A DNA stretch of 63,924 nucleotides, the filler included, from Choristocarpus tenellus KU-1152 (Eukaryota > Protista > Phaeophyceae): NCBI GenBank assembly GCA_964200185.2. It is 11 parts of 11 records of this genome, joined end to end, with 100 filler letters (N's around TTAATTAATTAA, not from the genome) between each part and the next. Parts side by side here need not be neighbours in the genome. Positions count along the whole stretch, not along the records: positions 61,265 to 63,924 come from CAXNAD020025879.1; 10 more parts are not named here. One strand, 5' to 3'. Position 1 is the first letter of the stretch, and each line of letters opens with the position of its first letter. A program made the position numbers and the translations under genes. Shown one piece after another: positions 63,660 to 63,924 of this stretch. The notes beneath the pieces are model-generated. The model had not been told where the DNA came from. It saw only the letters and a program-made list of their open reading frames with translations, and did not search any database.

Positions 63660-63839
63660 CATGCCAGAGTCCACAACAATGAGAATGGTAACCAAAGATT
63701 GATACACACTGCATAAAGGGGCTAGTTTTCTTGTCTTGTATATTAGCACTAGACACTCTTACTTGTGAAGGGGCCATCGACCAAACACGAATTCGGCGAC
63801 CCATAGGGGGTTGTGTAGAGTGCAATGCTGAACTGCACA

Positions 63840-63924
63840 GGCTCAAAGTATCCGGGGGGGGGGGGGGGGGCGGTTGTCCATTCGGGGCCCATTTTTCCAT
63901 GTTGGAATTTCTGGGTCATTTGGT
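63840..63924 (-). mobile_element. MITE family B, partial at window end
   Basis: GGCTCAAAGTATCCG-G-tract-CGGTTGTCCATTCGGGGCCCC. Confidence 0.8.

Noticed and set aside
1-63924. Functional gene cluster (trpA, OYE, TSPO, POLQ, PRP8, NEK)
   Set aside because: The genes lie on separate contigs joined by spacers, so adjacency across spacers is not evidence of linkage.

Overview
This is eukaryotic, intron-rich DNA, not a contiguous locus. Eleven assembly segments are joined by ten artificial 100-nt spacers (N44-TTAATTAATTAA-N44). Gene style, a plastid-type presequence on TrpA, interstitial TTAGGG repeats and the Copia remnant suggest a photosynthetic stramenopile such as a brown alga; this is inference only. 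Reading splice sites by hand gives partial or complete gene models for tryptophan synthase alpha, an old yellow enzyme, a TPR+ARM (TTC12-like) protein, a coiled-coil (CFAP157-like) protein, a small TPR-like protein, a UQCC1/Cbp3 chaperone, a POLQ/HELQ-type helicase, TSPO, PRP8 and a NEK6/7-like kinase. There is also a decayed Ty1/Copia element. The most striking unexplained structure is a pair of related MITE families (A and B) that share the terminal motif GRSYC-AAAGTATCT. They have about 19 copies or ends in 64 kb, insert into each other, and lie at more than half of the contig ends. Other candidates are decayed SWIM zinc-finger transposon ORFs, a diverged inverted pair with protein-level similarity, tRNA-derived SINE-like heads and phase-consistent micro-exon chains of unknown genes. 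I found no convincing new multi-gene system, and gene adjacency across spacers carries no biological meaning.
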